From the NCBI GenBank assembly GCA_009103225.1, contig RHPI01002402.1, positions 901,412-965,411 of the forward strand: a stretch of DNA of 64,000 nt, read 5' to 3'. Below the pieces are notes generated by a model. That model ran no database searches and had not been told where the DNA came from. It worked only from the letters and a program-made list of their open reading frames with translations. Positions 37,309 to 49,268 of this stretch are shown piece after piece. The position numbers and the translations under genes were made by a program. Position 1 is the stretch's first letter. Each line of letters opens with the position of its first letter. This DNA comes from Chlorokybus atmophyticus (lineage: Eukaryota; Plantae; Mesostigma and Chlorokybus algae).

Positions 37309-38743
37309 TTTGGCATTGGCATTGCCATTGGCGATTTGGCTTTTGTACTACTTGGCAACTGGCGTCGGCATTCTCTAGCCGCTGTAGTCCGATAATGCTG
37401 CATGAGACCGCCGCTCGTGATTATTGTTGAAGTGCTGTCCTCAGTTGTGCTTAGCATGTTTGCCCTGTCAGCGCACTGATCTTGCACAAATGTCACTCAT
37501 AGCATCACTGGCCATGCTCTGCTAGGCAGTTATAGCATATGACAGATCCTTTTCAGCTGCATAGGCTGAGCCCGGGTGGCTATGTTGTAGCTCAGGCAGC
37601 ACATCTGACAGATAATGCACAGCTGACAGGCTTGTTCAGGCCCTGGTGGCTGCCTAGTTGGCTGAGTGGTTGTTGCCTGGAAAATCACACCTTGCTCTGA
37701 CTGGTCATTAAACTCTCTGGATGGCGCAAAGTTTGTGTTTCGCCTGAGATGGCACGCGTACCTGACTGTGTCGCCTTCATGGTTGCGTTCACGAAGACGG
37801 AGCATCAAGCTTGCAATGACATAGTGATTCAACCAAGAGACAATGGTATCGCAGTCTTAATCAGTAATGATGGTTGGACACTGCATTTGGCAGTGATCCT
37901 GCTTGAAGCAACCACTTCAGTCAGCTGCAGACTATTTTGCATGCACATGTCCGCATATGCTGTATTGCAACCAACCCGTCAAGTAGCTTGCTCTCTCGTT
38001 GTCCTATACGCAGGGCTTAGGGCTGAGATAAATGGGTGGGGTATGGAGCTAACAACTAACATCATGTGTTGTTGCAGCTGTGTGTGAGGCGCATGGTGGC
38101 GGCACGCGGAGCGGAGCAGTGATGCATTGACAGCTTCCTGCCGATCTGCCAGCAGTGCATGGCCTGTGCTCTGCAGCGGACGCAGGCATTAACGGTGCTG
38201 GAGCGCGGTGCTGCCGCGGTGTTGGCCGTGCCGGGCTGGGCGCTAGTACCACCAGGACCCCAACGACGGCAGGCGTGGACGTGGCGGGGTGGCGATGTGG
38301 GTGCAAGGGTGCAGGGAGGCGTGGGTAGCATTTGATGGCGTGATGCGTGAGTACGTGACGCTGTATGTGCATATGTACAAAAGATGCAAGGTAGATCATG
38401 CGCGTGGCTGACAATTGATAGGAGTGTGTACGTGCGTGACGGTGGGTGGCGGTGTGTACAACAATGCGAAGTGCAGTGTGTGTCAGCGTGGCGATGGTGA
38501 GCGTTAACACTGGTGTGACAGTATGGATGACAGTTCGTGTACATGTACATACCGTAGGGACACTAGCACCGTCCCCAGATCCGCTAGCTGGCGCACCTGC
38601 AGCCTGCACGGCAGATTGTCGAGCAATGGAGCCACTGAGGCGAAACGCAGAACCCAAGTACTCAACAATTGTCATGCAATGGCACATTGTTGGGTAATGT
38701 GTTGTAATGTACAGATGCGCAGTGTACAGAACAATGTAAAACA

Positions 38744-39854
38744 CTACTTGCTCGCATCCTCCAGCTTGACGGGCGTCGGTGCTCCTCCTTCCTCCACGCT
38801 CGCTTGCTGTATCAAGTCACCTATGCTCTTCTCCAGGTCATCGATGCGGGAACCCATTTCATCAACTGCAACTGCGGTTAAGGATGCCAACTCGATGCAA
38901 GATAATAGGCCACTATATACACATACAAGTAGACACAGATAGAACTAGTGTCATGTGGATACTGCGTGAAATGATGGAATCCGACATCTGCTGGAATCGC
39001 GATTGCTGCAGAAGCAAGTTGGTTCAGCACGATTGCAATGTCATGACAAGTCAGCAACCGTTTTAGCAATCTGTTGACATGCTGCAAGCTCATCATCTTT
39101 GGGTTACAAGGGGCAGAGCTCACCATTTGTTGTAGCAGGTTCTGGACCTGTGAATGCAAACACGACAAAAACATGTTGTCAGTAAATAAAGCAACTTGCA
39201 CAGAAGTAACTGTGCCAAACACGCAGCATGCCACACTGATGTCCTGTGCGTAGCATGCAGTGTTGTGTTAAACTGATTTCGTAGAATGCAGGCTGCAAAT
39301 TCCTGCTGACAGAGCAGGCGAACATGTGTACACACATATGCTGGGCTAACTACCACACGTACGAGACCACAAGTGCAGCAGTGTGAGACTCATCCATGCG
39401 CACATACTCAGGATTGCGGTTAAATTTGGCGCTAATCCAACTTGGATGCATGCCGCAGGCTGTGCAGCAACATCGCTGCACAGCTGTGTTGGCAGTGACG
39501 AATTGCATACATCACAATGCCATTTGTGTGTGTATGCTTAGCTGAAACAATTCGGGCTTATAGCACTGCTAGAGCCCAGCTGGATCGTAGTCAGACCTCA
39601 GAAGTTCAATTCGATCGAATGCACACCTCTCAACAACAGCTGGCACACTGTAATTAACATGCTTGCTACCTGTGCTGTTGACAAGACACACTCCAAAGGT
39701 GCTATCACATCAGTCGAGAGATTGCAACACGGAAGCAGCCCAAAACAGATGATACCGGACACAGCACAAACCAACCAAGAGCAAACTGATCGCTTACAAA
39801 GGCAGTGAGATCGGCAGTGTTCTGCGGCGGCGCAGCTTCCGCATCCTTGTCCAT
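38744..39854 (-). CDS. HSBP1: Heat shock factor-binding protein (HSBP1), 4 exons including a 24-nt microexon
   Basis: MDKDAEAAPPQNTADLTAF|VQNLLQQM|QSRFQQMSDSIISR|IDEMGSRIDDLEKSIGDL... Exons 39798-39854, 39124-39147, 38963-39005 and 38744-38865. Confidence 0.92.
38866..38962 (-). other. Probable U12-type (minor spliceosome) GT-AG intron, phase 1, in HSBP
   Basis: Donor GTATCCAC. Branch site ATCCTTAAC (38877-38885) ends 11 nt before the end of the intron. No polypyrimidine tract. Confidence 0.7.
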
Positions 39855-40098
39855 GACGTATACCACCACCACCACCACCTCCCGAGCTGCTGTCAAGCTA
39901 CTCCACAGCTCCACCCCCACCTGAACCAGACTCCTTCCCCACCCCCGGATCGCGCCAACACGGACAACCACACCGCCGCCGCTGGCTGCTTGACTCAACC
40001 GCTCAAAATACATGACACTGCGTAGGTGGTTTGCTATATACAAAGCTCTTAGATGTTGATAGATGCTCTTAACTGCGATATCTGCGATGCCTTGGATT

Positions 40099-40108
40099 GG
40101 CGCGAAAA
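40099..40108 (-). promoter_or_regulatory. E2F-site-like element (TTTTCGCGCC) upstream of the ECO1/CTF7-like gene
   Basis: GGCGCGAAAA on +, about 160 bp upstream of the ATG. Matches the WTTSSCSS consensus; S-phase cohesion genes are typical E2F targets. Motif match only. Confidence 0.4.
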
Positions 40109-40264
40109 AGCAAACGACTGAAAGCGTATGACTGGTTTGATTTGTGGCGGCAGCGGCGGTGGCGGCGGCGGTGTTGTTGTTGTTGTCGTGGTCGTCGTAG
40201 TCGTCGTGGTGTACATAAGGGAGGGCTGTGACGTGTACTTGGTGCCTTTCTGAAGTGGAGAGTG

Positions 40265-41301
40265 ATGGGCAGGCCTGGGAGGCAAGCAAGGGAGTCTGCT
40301 GGATCGCAGGGCAAGCAGGAGAGCAAGCTGAGTGGCTGGTTGGGTAAGCTGGGAGCTGGGGCGGCGGCGGCGGCGCCGGTAGAGAAGGAGGCGTCAGTTG
40401 ACAAGCGTAAGCACAGGGAACAGCTGAATCCAGGTCCGCTGCCCCTCCTGGACGACTGCAAGCCTTTCAGGATCCAGGGCAGGCTGTCCGTGCAAGCCGG
40501 AGCCAAGGAGCTTGCTTCAGCCGGCGGCCCTTGCGCCACGCAGAGCACGCTGGCCTCCTGTTTCAAGCCTCGCCGTGTGCAGGCTGCAGCTCCAACGTCT
40601 GCGGTTGCGACTCCATCAAGCAGGTATGGCTGCAACGCTATCACTGCAATGCTTGCAAAAGAGTCTCACCTGCTGCCCGAAGTGAGTTGCAACGCAAAAT
40701 CAATGTGGCCTTATTGACTCGTTGCGCAGTGATGGTGTGGAGTGCTGCTTTCAAGATGAAGAGCAGCAGGAGGCAGTTGTGACGTACCGCAAAAGGAGGA
40801 AGCACACCCCTGTTGCTGCTGCTCCTGCTGTGAGGTAAGCCGCTGGCTGGTATGGAATGCGTGTGTGCTTCAATGACGAGTGCATAGCGTAGGCATGCAC
40901 TCGCTTGATGTGTAGGTAGCGGCATTGGTGTGCGTGCAAGCGTGCGCGCGTGGGTGTCTGACATTCGTGGTTTTGCCAGCAGCCCTTCATGTAACGCACC
41001 ACTGAGATGCGAGGTGGTGCGAGAAGTTGAGAGTGCGCATCGAACATCTCTTCCGACTGAAGCAGCTGCAGATGTCTGTCCTAAACTACCTGAAAGGCAA
41101 AGAAAAGCCAAGCCGCTGTTGAAACATAGGACCACACCGCGCCTGCACCAGCTGCATCTGGACCTTGGCCAGAAGGAGTTTGGGTACACGACTTGCACGG
41201 TCTGCTCTCTCTTGTACGCTAAGGGACAAGACCAAGACGAGCGGGTGCACGCGCGCGTTCATAGATCATATCTCAGGAACGCATCCTCTGGATTGACTTG
41301 A
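40265..41301 (+). CDS. ECO1/CTF7-like protein: PIP-box-like motif and ESCO-type C2H2 finger, no acetyltransferase domain seen
   Basis: Three exons (40265-40623, 40730-40834, 40980-41301) give QSTLASCFKP, VVTYRKRRK and LHQLHLDLGQKEFGYTTCTVCSLLYAKGQDQDERVHARVHRSY, then TGA at 41299-41301. Confidence 0.7.
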
Positions 41302-43295
41302 CTTGACACGTTGCACAAACCCATCACAGTGTGTGCAGTTGTTGCAATTGTTGGCCGTGCTGCTCAATTGTCGGGTGTACACTTGCTGCATGCAATGTAG
41401 TGCACATGCTGCCCTGTGAGAAGTGCACTAAGTGTGTTTGGGACAGCTGCTCACTAGTGAGAAGTCCAGTTTGACCAAGACACTGGCACTGCACGCGTCC
41501 GTTTTGTTAACTGCACTGAGGCACGCTTGTTGGGTGTATGCATGACGTGTGTGTGCGTGTGTGTGTGTTGTGTGCTGTGCACCTGTGCTGCGTGCTGTGC
41601 TGTGTGTACTCGTGTACACACAATGAAGAACACAGCACATGCATAAAACATGCCACATACACCATGCTCACCTGCATGCTACATACAAGATCACCGGGCG
41701 GTGTGTGTTTGTGCTCTGCGCGCGTGTGTTGTGTTGGTGTTATGGCCACTGTTGCTGTGCTTTGTGCGCGTGCATGCGTGGCATAGTGTGCAACCATCAT
41801 CATACCTTATGACATGCTACCATGTGCAAACAGTCCAGTCAACAAGTGTTTGCTGCTCAACAAGTAAAAGGGTTGCAATGAACTCAAATGCCTCCCGCAA
41901 CAAGTGCGGATGATTGCTGTTGACACAAAGTTACCAAAGTAGGTCGTCCATGCATACAATGCGCAAGAATTAATCAATTATTACCAAGCCATGACATCAT
42001 CATTGTCATCCGCTGATCACTTAGGTGCCACAAACTGCATTATATTTCATCAAGTATTGATAGCACAATGCACAATTACAATGTAAAATATGAACTGAAT
42101 GTGCTCTTTCCTTTTGTATATGCACGCAATTAACAATAAAATTGGTAATAATAAAATTGGTAATCGTTAGTGAAATTGATTATCAAGCCATGTTGATGAA
42201 CATTACACGAAATTACATTATATTGTGCCGTTCTATCTCGTAAATACCTCGCATTCAAATAGCATTGCTGAAATTGCAGTTTGAAATTGCATGCTTTGGC
42301 ATCATCATTGTTGCACTCATGCGATGCTTGAGTTTATCTCGTTGTTTGTAAACATTGACTTTGAGTATTCATTGGGACTTGATTTACTTGAGCGTCACAA
42401 CAGAACCAAGAACCCACATTGGCCTAGGGCTCAACGCTTGCAGCTAAGGCCCACCAGCCTGGTGGCACCACGTAGTTGTACTGTACTGCGTGTGTATTGT
42501 AGTACTATTACACTGCTGAAATAGCAGGAATCTGGCGCCATCAGAATGAGTAAAAGTTGTTCTTGTGACGAGGGCAGAGTTGGCGCAGATCTATTCCTAC
42601 AACAAGCCTGATCCTCCCCTCTGATCCTTGCAGAGGCTGACACGTCAGCAGGCTTGCCGTTACGGCGGGAAAGACATTAAGCCAAGCGGCGGCGTCGGCG
42701 GCGGCGCGGGCCTTCAGCGCCGAGTGTTAAGCGTTGTTGAATGCGCATGCAAGTCAGCTGCTTGCAGCTACAAGCTGTATTGAGAAGACAAGGCAGCGGT
42801 GATTTGTAGCAAAGGTAAGGTGGGACCAAGGCAAGCCGCTAACATGTAACGTGGCCATGCTGCTCCCTTTTTTGGCCTGTGCTTGAACACATGCTGGCTG
42901 TGACATTGCCGCTGCTGCTTGTGGTTTCCAAGAGAGTGGTAGCAATCTTCCATAAAACAACGCACCTTAGTTCACTGGTCGAGCACCAAGTTGCGGTTGA
43001 CGTGCATGCTGGGGACACGTCCTTGGCATGCCGCCCCTTCCGTAACCACAACTGCTTGCTCCCCTTTGCTGCATTTCAGCCTTGCTGTTGCCTCGTATAT
43101 TATGCTTTCATCTCGCATTCCCCTCGCAACCACTCTATACAAGCTTTAGCCAATGCCACAACACTCGCGCCTTGAGGCTCAGCACTCAACATATCTCTAC
43201 AGTCGTCCCTCTGCCTGCGTTGTAATTAGAAGTCTATATAAGCAAGCAGTTGACACTTACTCTTGCAGGGTTTGTAACTGCTCAAGGAGCTCAAG

Positions 43296-45970
43296 ATGAA
43301 GACGAGTCAAGCAACACTGCTGCTCTGCACGGTCCTGCTGCTGGCTAGCTGCACCTTGCTGTTATGTGTGACAGCTGCAGCAGAGGCAGGCAATGCTATC
43401 ATCAGCACTGAGTCCAACACAATCGACCCGGGTGTTCGGCGCATGATGCCTCGCTTCCTCGGTTCAAGAAAGAGGAGGACGCAAGCATTCAGATCAGAGG
43501 AGGGACAGGTTTCTGAACCCGAGGGCGGTTACAACTACACCACGCGGTGGTTCCAGCAGACTCTTGACCACTTCAGCTTTCGGCCCGAGAGTTACAGGAC
43601 CTTCCCGCAGCGCTATCTTATCAATGACGTGCATTGGGACCGCGAGAACAACGGCCCGATTTTCGTGTATGCTGGCAATGAGGGCTACATTGACTGGTTT
43701 GCCAACAACACGGGCTTTTTGTGGGTGAGCATGCGAGCGGGGTTGACCGTTCAATGCATGCATGCATGCGTGTTAACAGTGGTTGATGTTATTCTCAGGA
43801 AATTGCGGAAGAGTTCAAGGCGCTGTTGCTGTTCCCCGAGCATCGCTATTATGGCGAGTCCCTTCCTTTCGGCCAGGACTCGTACAAGAATGCGAGCATG
43901 GCCGGGTGGCTGACAGCTGAACAGGTGTTTGGCTGTTGCACTACATCATGCATGCAGATAACCCACTTGTTCAGCTCGCGCCCTCGAGCGCAGCTGCTTA
44001 GCAGCTGTGCTCAGTTACATCGCGCTTGCAACCACCACCATCAGCATAAGAACTTGCATGTGCAGGCTTGCACGTTGTTTTGGCCATGCATCCATGCTTC
44101 AACAGGCAATGCTGCAATCAGCACACTACGATTAGGGTCAATATACTTCACTGTTTTGCAGGCGATGGCTGATTACGCTGTCATCATCAAGTCGCTGAAG
44201 CACAACGAGAGCGCATGGGGCTCGCCCGTGGTCATGTTTGGCGGCTCCTACGGTGGCATGCTCGCCGCATGGTTCCGCATGAAGTATCCGCACATCGCCG
44301 TCGGCGCCGTGGCAAGCTCCGCCCCTATCCTGCAGTTTGAGGGCGTCGTGCCTCCAGACACGTTCAACCGCCTCGTCAGCCAAGACTTCAAGGTAGCGAG
44401 TTGACCTTCTCGTTGTGTTAGCAACAGGGGCATCAGGGGCATGTGCAGGTGCTTTGCACATGCCCTCGTTGCCTATGCCAAGTGGGTACAGTACACTTGT
44501 TATTTTGCGTTTCCAAAGTTGATAGTAAACTTGTTGATGTCGGACTGAGTGCGTGCTACGTTACCTGTAAATTACACATGCTGTGTCTGCAGATGGATGG
44601 CAGCCAGGAATGTTTCGATACCATCAAAGACTCCTGGAAAGAGATTCGCGCAACCGACCGGCGTGTGCTGGCCGAGAAGTTCCATCTTTGCAAGTGAGCA
44701 CTATATCGAAACCCACTCTACCATTGGCTGCGGAATGCCAAAGCCTCAAGAGAACATAATACAATGTGACTAATGCTATATGTATGGCAGGGAGCCCAAG
44801 CATTCAGATGAGATGGTCGATTGGCTGTACGAGATGTATGGCAACCTTGCCATGGTGGACTACCCTGTGCCTGCTTCCTTTCTTGCCGAGTTGCCCGCGC
44901 ATCCCATCGCTAAGGTTGATTGAACATGTGATGGCTTCTATTGCTGTTGCAATGTGTACCTGTTGTGTCGAGAGCAGTTGTCAACCTGTTGCTGTCATGG
45001 CAGGTGTGCGATGCCATAGTGAGCCACGAAGGACCTTTGGTGGACAAGATAGCGGCCGGCGCCAACATATTTGCCAACTATACGGGAAAGACCGAGTGCT
45101 TGGACATCGCGGGTGATCCGCACGGTGAAGACGGATGGGACTATCAGGTACAAGCATGTGGTCTTGCACGACACATGCAAGCAAAGGCAAAGTTTACTGA
45201 AATGTAAGTGTGCAGGCGTGCACTGAGATGGTGATGCCGATGTCCAGCAATCCCAACAACAGCATGTTTGAGCCGTATGGTTGGGACCTTGAATTGTACT
45301 CGCGGGAGTGCGAGCGCCAGTGGAATGTAACGCCGCGACCTTACTGGATTCCCACACAGTTTGGGGGCAGGGTGAGACTTCATCAGAGTTGTGTCAATGT
45401 CAACAACTAGCTACAATGCACATGAGCGTGACACTGCGCATACCCGATGCCAATGTTGTTTTTTGAGACTTGTGTCTGATGCAGAGCCTGATGGACTCCT
45501 TGAAACACTATGGCAGCAACATCTTGTTTGTCAACGGCAATCTGGACCCGTGGACAGGTGGCGCACCGCAAAACTCTGTGTCAGACAGCATTGTCGTTAT
45601 CGTTGTCGAGGGCGGTACGAACACATACTGTTGGACTACGCACCACTCGATCAGTCAATGCTGTTTATCCTGCATGACACATTGTTATGAATCAGGTGCC
45701 CACCATTATGACTTGCGTCCTTCGGACCCGAACGATCCCGACTCCGTGAAGAATGCTCGCGCGCAGGAGAAAGAGTACATCAGGGCGTTTGTGACAGGTC
45801 AACACCCCGCCGACAAGCGCACGCATCGGGCCGGCTGGCTCGCCACGGCCTTTGTGTACTTTTTTGTCTTCCTCACTGTCGCCGCCAGCATCGCATCCGT
45901 GATCTACATATACGACTACTACAAGCGGCAAGAAGCACGCCGCCGCAGCGGCTACCTGCTTGTGGCGTAG
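43296..45970 (+). CDS. PRCP: Lysosomal Pro-X carboxypeptidase (peptidase S28) with signal peptide and C-terminal transmembrane helix
   Basis: WFQQTLDHFSF, GPIFVYAGNEG, LFPEHRYYGESLPFG, nucleophile motif FGGSYGGMLAAWFRMKYPH, QACTEMVMP, SNILFVNGNLDPW and GAHHYDLR, then WLATAFVYFFVFLTVAASIASVIYIY and SGYLLVA*. Confidence 0.92.
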
Positions 45971-46429
45971 TAACAATGCAAGGTGAAGTTTTGCTTGGAG
46001 CACATAAGGACTCAGTGGTCAATGGTGTAGAGTGCACAAAGCGTGATGTACATAAGTGAGGCTCGTGCTGCGTGTGTGGCCAACAGGTACAGGCATTGCA
46101 AGCAATTTTTGCTTCGAGAGATCAGTAGTGCAGGCGTGTATGTTTTGTTGAAATAGCCACTCTTACACACGATGATTGCCTTGGTTCGCTGGTGGAGTTT
46201 TTGCCAAAATCTACTTGATTCGAGTGCTGAGGTGTATTTAGTGTGCAGTACAGTTTGCTTGTAACAGATACATTTCAGGCAGTGCTGGCGAGGGGTTCAA
46301 AGGGCAAAGGCAGGCATGCATTGGTCAGCAACAGCCGCATGCGCTGCGGGAAAACTGTGCCGACATTGATGTGTGTGTATGCATGTGTGCATGTGCTTGC
46401 GCGTTCAACGCCAGTTATGATGATCTATA

Positions 46430-47065
46430 ATATAAGACATTGTGCGGTGGCTTTCTGCTGGCTAAGACTCCAAACAGCACGGTGCGGAGCAGGTCAGCAG
46501 ACGTAACTTTCTGCCGCGCCATGTGCATTGATTGCTTGCCAGACAGAAGTGCATGTGCGCTCACGCACACTCGCCTCTGCGTGTGCATATTCGTGTGTGT
46601 CTCTGTATCCGTGTGCATGGCAGATCAAGTCAGCAATAAGTCTGAGACAAGAATCTGAGGCTGTGCCGGCCGGCTAATGACAAAATTAAAGAGAAACTTT
46701 TCAGCTGAGGCGACGGTGATCATGCGCCCCGCGGGTTGCGTCTGCACGTTGTGACTTTGTTGTTCGCTCGTGTGTGCTTGCACCTGTGTCTTACTGCACG
46801 TGCATGTTGCTACATGAGCGCAACATGTTGCCAACTTGCTGTGGGCCAGGATGATGATGATCTCAATGGCTACTTTGCCTGGAGGTGTTTTTGGTGCTGT
46901 CGTACTGTTGGATCGAGAGATGCACCCCATTGTATATGCATACATTGCATATACAATGGGATGCATCTCTCGATCCAACAGTACAGGACATGTGGGCGCT
47001 GCCGGAGGTTCACCTCATCCACTACACTGACTTCAACCCATGGCGCGTACCAAAGTTACACAAAC
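46430..47065 (+). pseudogene. Possible glycosyltransferase family 8 relic
   Basis: Fragments in different frames resemble GT8 motifs in the right order: LCGGFLLAKTPNSTV, QDDDDLNGYFAW, IYNGMH and WALPEVHLIHYTDFNPWRV (H-Y...PW). Interrupted by a hairpin. Confidence 0.3.
46902..46984. repeat. 83-nt near-perfect hairpin: 39-bp arms, 1 mismatch, 5-nt loop
   Basis: GTACTGTTGGATCGAGAGATGCACCCCATTGTATATGCA-tacat-TGCATATACAATGGGATGCATCTCTCGATCCAACAGTAC. The ORF track shows the same peptide (DREMHPIVYA..AYTMGCISRSNST) in two minus-strand ORFs; the palindrome itself was read from the bases. Confidence 0.93.
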
Positions 47066-47881
47066 ACACAAAAACTGTAGCAGTGCATGCGCACGCAAGC
47101 GCGCATGCCCGCGCACTTCTTGAAATTCACACAGGTTGGTGGTTGGAATCCCATTTTAGCACAACCAGCCTGCGGTCACCCACGACCCAGTCCCACTCGG
47201 TTTACCACCGCGTGCTGTGAGGTCTGCTGAGCTTTGAGGAAGCGAGATGCCGAGCGCGCGCTGTTGATGCAAAGAAGGTTGACACCTATGGCGTGGTCAC
47301 GAAACAGGTGCTTGCAAGTGCAGGATGGAATTTGAGGCCTTCTGGCCTGTTGGGAACTTCCTTTTGAACATGTGTCTGAGACTTGCTTACTGTGTTGCTT
47401 GTGGCTCAAAGCTGGCAGTGTTGTTGTTATGTTGGTCTGCAACATTAGTAGTGTGTTGGCATACAATTCTGAGGCAACTGCTCCTGTTTGAGTTGTATCC
47501 CTATACACAAATGCACCACCTTTGCAAGCAGTACTCATTTGAAGTCTGTGGTTGAGGTGTACGAGTCGCTGCGCGTGTGATCACCGCCATCTTGTCTTGT
47601 GTGTGCATTGCGGGTGCCTGCGGGTACACCTTTCCTTGCGGGTATAGCTAAAGGTAGCCAGAGGCTAGTACTGACGTCATGCGGAGTGATCCTCATGACA
47701 GCTGCATAAGTATCAACCACATGCACAGCACTGTCGCTGTTCTGGCATGCTCAAACCACACTGACAGTTGCAGACACGCTCGCTGATGAAAGCTTGTTGA
47801 AGACACACCGCTACGCAGGAGCTGGAATGAGCAGATTCGGGCTTGATGCATGCAAGACATGGACGCATCAAGAGCCATCGT

Positions 47882-48706
47882 AAGGAGGGAGGGAGGGNNN
47901 NNNNNNNNNNNNNNNNNNNNNNNNNNNNNNNNNNNNNNNNNNNNNNNNNNNNNNNNNNNNNNNNNNNNNNNNNNNNNNNNNNNNNNNNNNNNNNNNNNNN
48001 NNNNNNNNNNNNNNNNNNNNNNNNNNNNNNNNNNNNNNNNNNNNNNNNNNNNNNNNNNNNNNNNNNNNNNNNNNNNNNNNNNNNNNNNNNNNNNNNNNNN
48101 NNNNNNNNNNNNNNNNNNNNNNNNNNNNNNNNNNNNNNNNNNNNNNNNNNNNNNNNNNNNNNNNNNNNNNNNNNNNNNNNNNNNNNNNNNNNNNNNNNNN
48201 NNNNNNNNNNNNNNNNNNNNNNNNNNNNNNNNNNNNNNNNNNNNNNNNNNNNNNNNNNNNNNNNNNNNNNNNNNNNNNNNNNNNNNNNNNNNNNNNNNNN
48301 NNNNNNNNNNNNNNNNNNNNNNNNNNNNNNNNNNNNNNNNNNNNNNNNNNNNNNNNNNNNNNNNNNNNNNNNNNNNNNNNNNNNNNNNNNNNNNNNNNNN
48401 NNNNNNNNNNNNNNNNNNNNNNNNNNNNNNNNNNNNNNNNNNNNNNNNNNNNNNNNNNNNNNNNNNNNNNNNNNNNNNNNNNNNNNNNNNNNNNNNNNNN
48501 NNNNNNNNNNNNNNNNNNNNNNNNNNNNNNNNNNNNNNNNNNNNNNNNNNNNNNNNNNNNNNNNNNNNNNNNNNNNNNNNNNNNNNNNNNNNNNNNNNNN
48601 NNNNNNNNNNNNNNNNNNNNNNNNNNNNNNNNNNNNNNNNNNNNNNNNNNNNNNNNNNNNNNNNNNNNNNNNNNNNNNAGAGAGAGAGAGAGAGAGAGAG
48701 AGAGAG
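47882..48706. repeat. GGGA/GA-repeat-flanked assembly gap (N 47898-48678)
   Basis: (GGGA)n on the left, (GA)14 on the right of a 781-N run. Confidence 0.9.
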
Positions 48707-49268
48707 GCTTGAATGAGCGGGAAAGGGAACTCAGCACGTTGTTGTGCATGTGTGGGTGTGGGTGAGCCCCTTGCATGTTGTTACGTAAGCAGGACAGGCG
48801 TTTCCTAAGTGGGTCTCATGCAGTGCCACATGTAACTCCCTACAGATACAAGTATGTACATCGGGTATGATTGAAAACCCAACTCACTATCACTCGCGCC
48901 ACACACCAACGGCAGTCACAGTCACCCCCAGCAGGAGGGCGAGTACGACTTGCAATAACCACAATCACTCACACAACTGCACCTCACATGTTCTACACAC
49001 GCTCGTACTCCATCGCTGCGTCCGCCTCCGAGGGCTGGTAAATCAAAGCACCAGCCCTTGAGCAACAAGGTAGGGCAGAGATCTCTCTTAGCTCAGTGCC
49101 TGACACAGTGAACCACAATTCAGTGAAGCTGGTGCGATGATGATGGCGTCATTAGTACAATGCATACAAGTACAACCCATTTCTCAAATGAATGAACGCT
49201 TGAAGCAATGAAGCGAGTTTCATGAGTGCTGTGGGTGCCTGCTATATTTCCTAGGGGTCCCTCGCTAG

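Noticed and set aside
47843-48776. Long ORFs across N runs (also 34703-35666)
   Set aside because: Artefacts of translating gaps.
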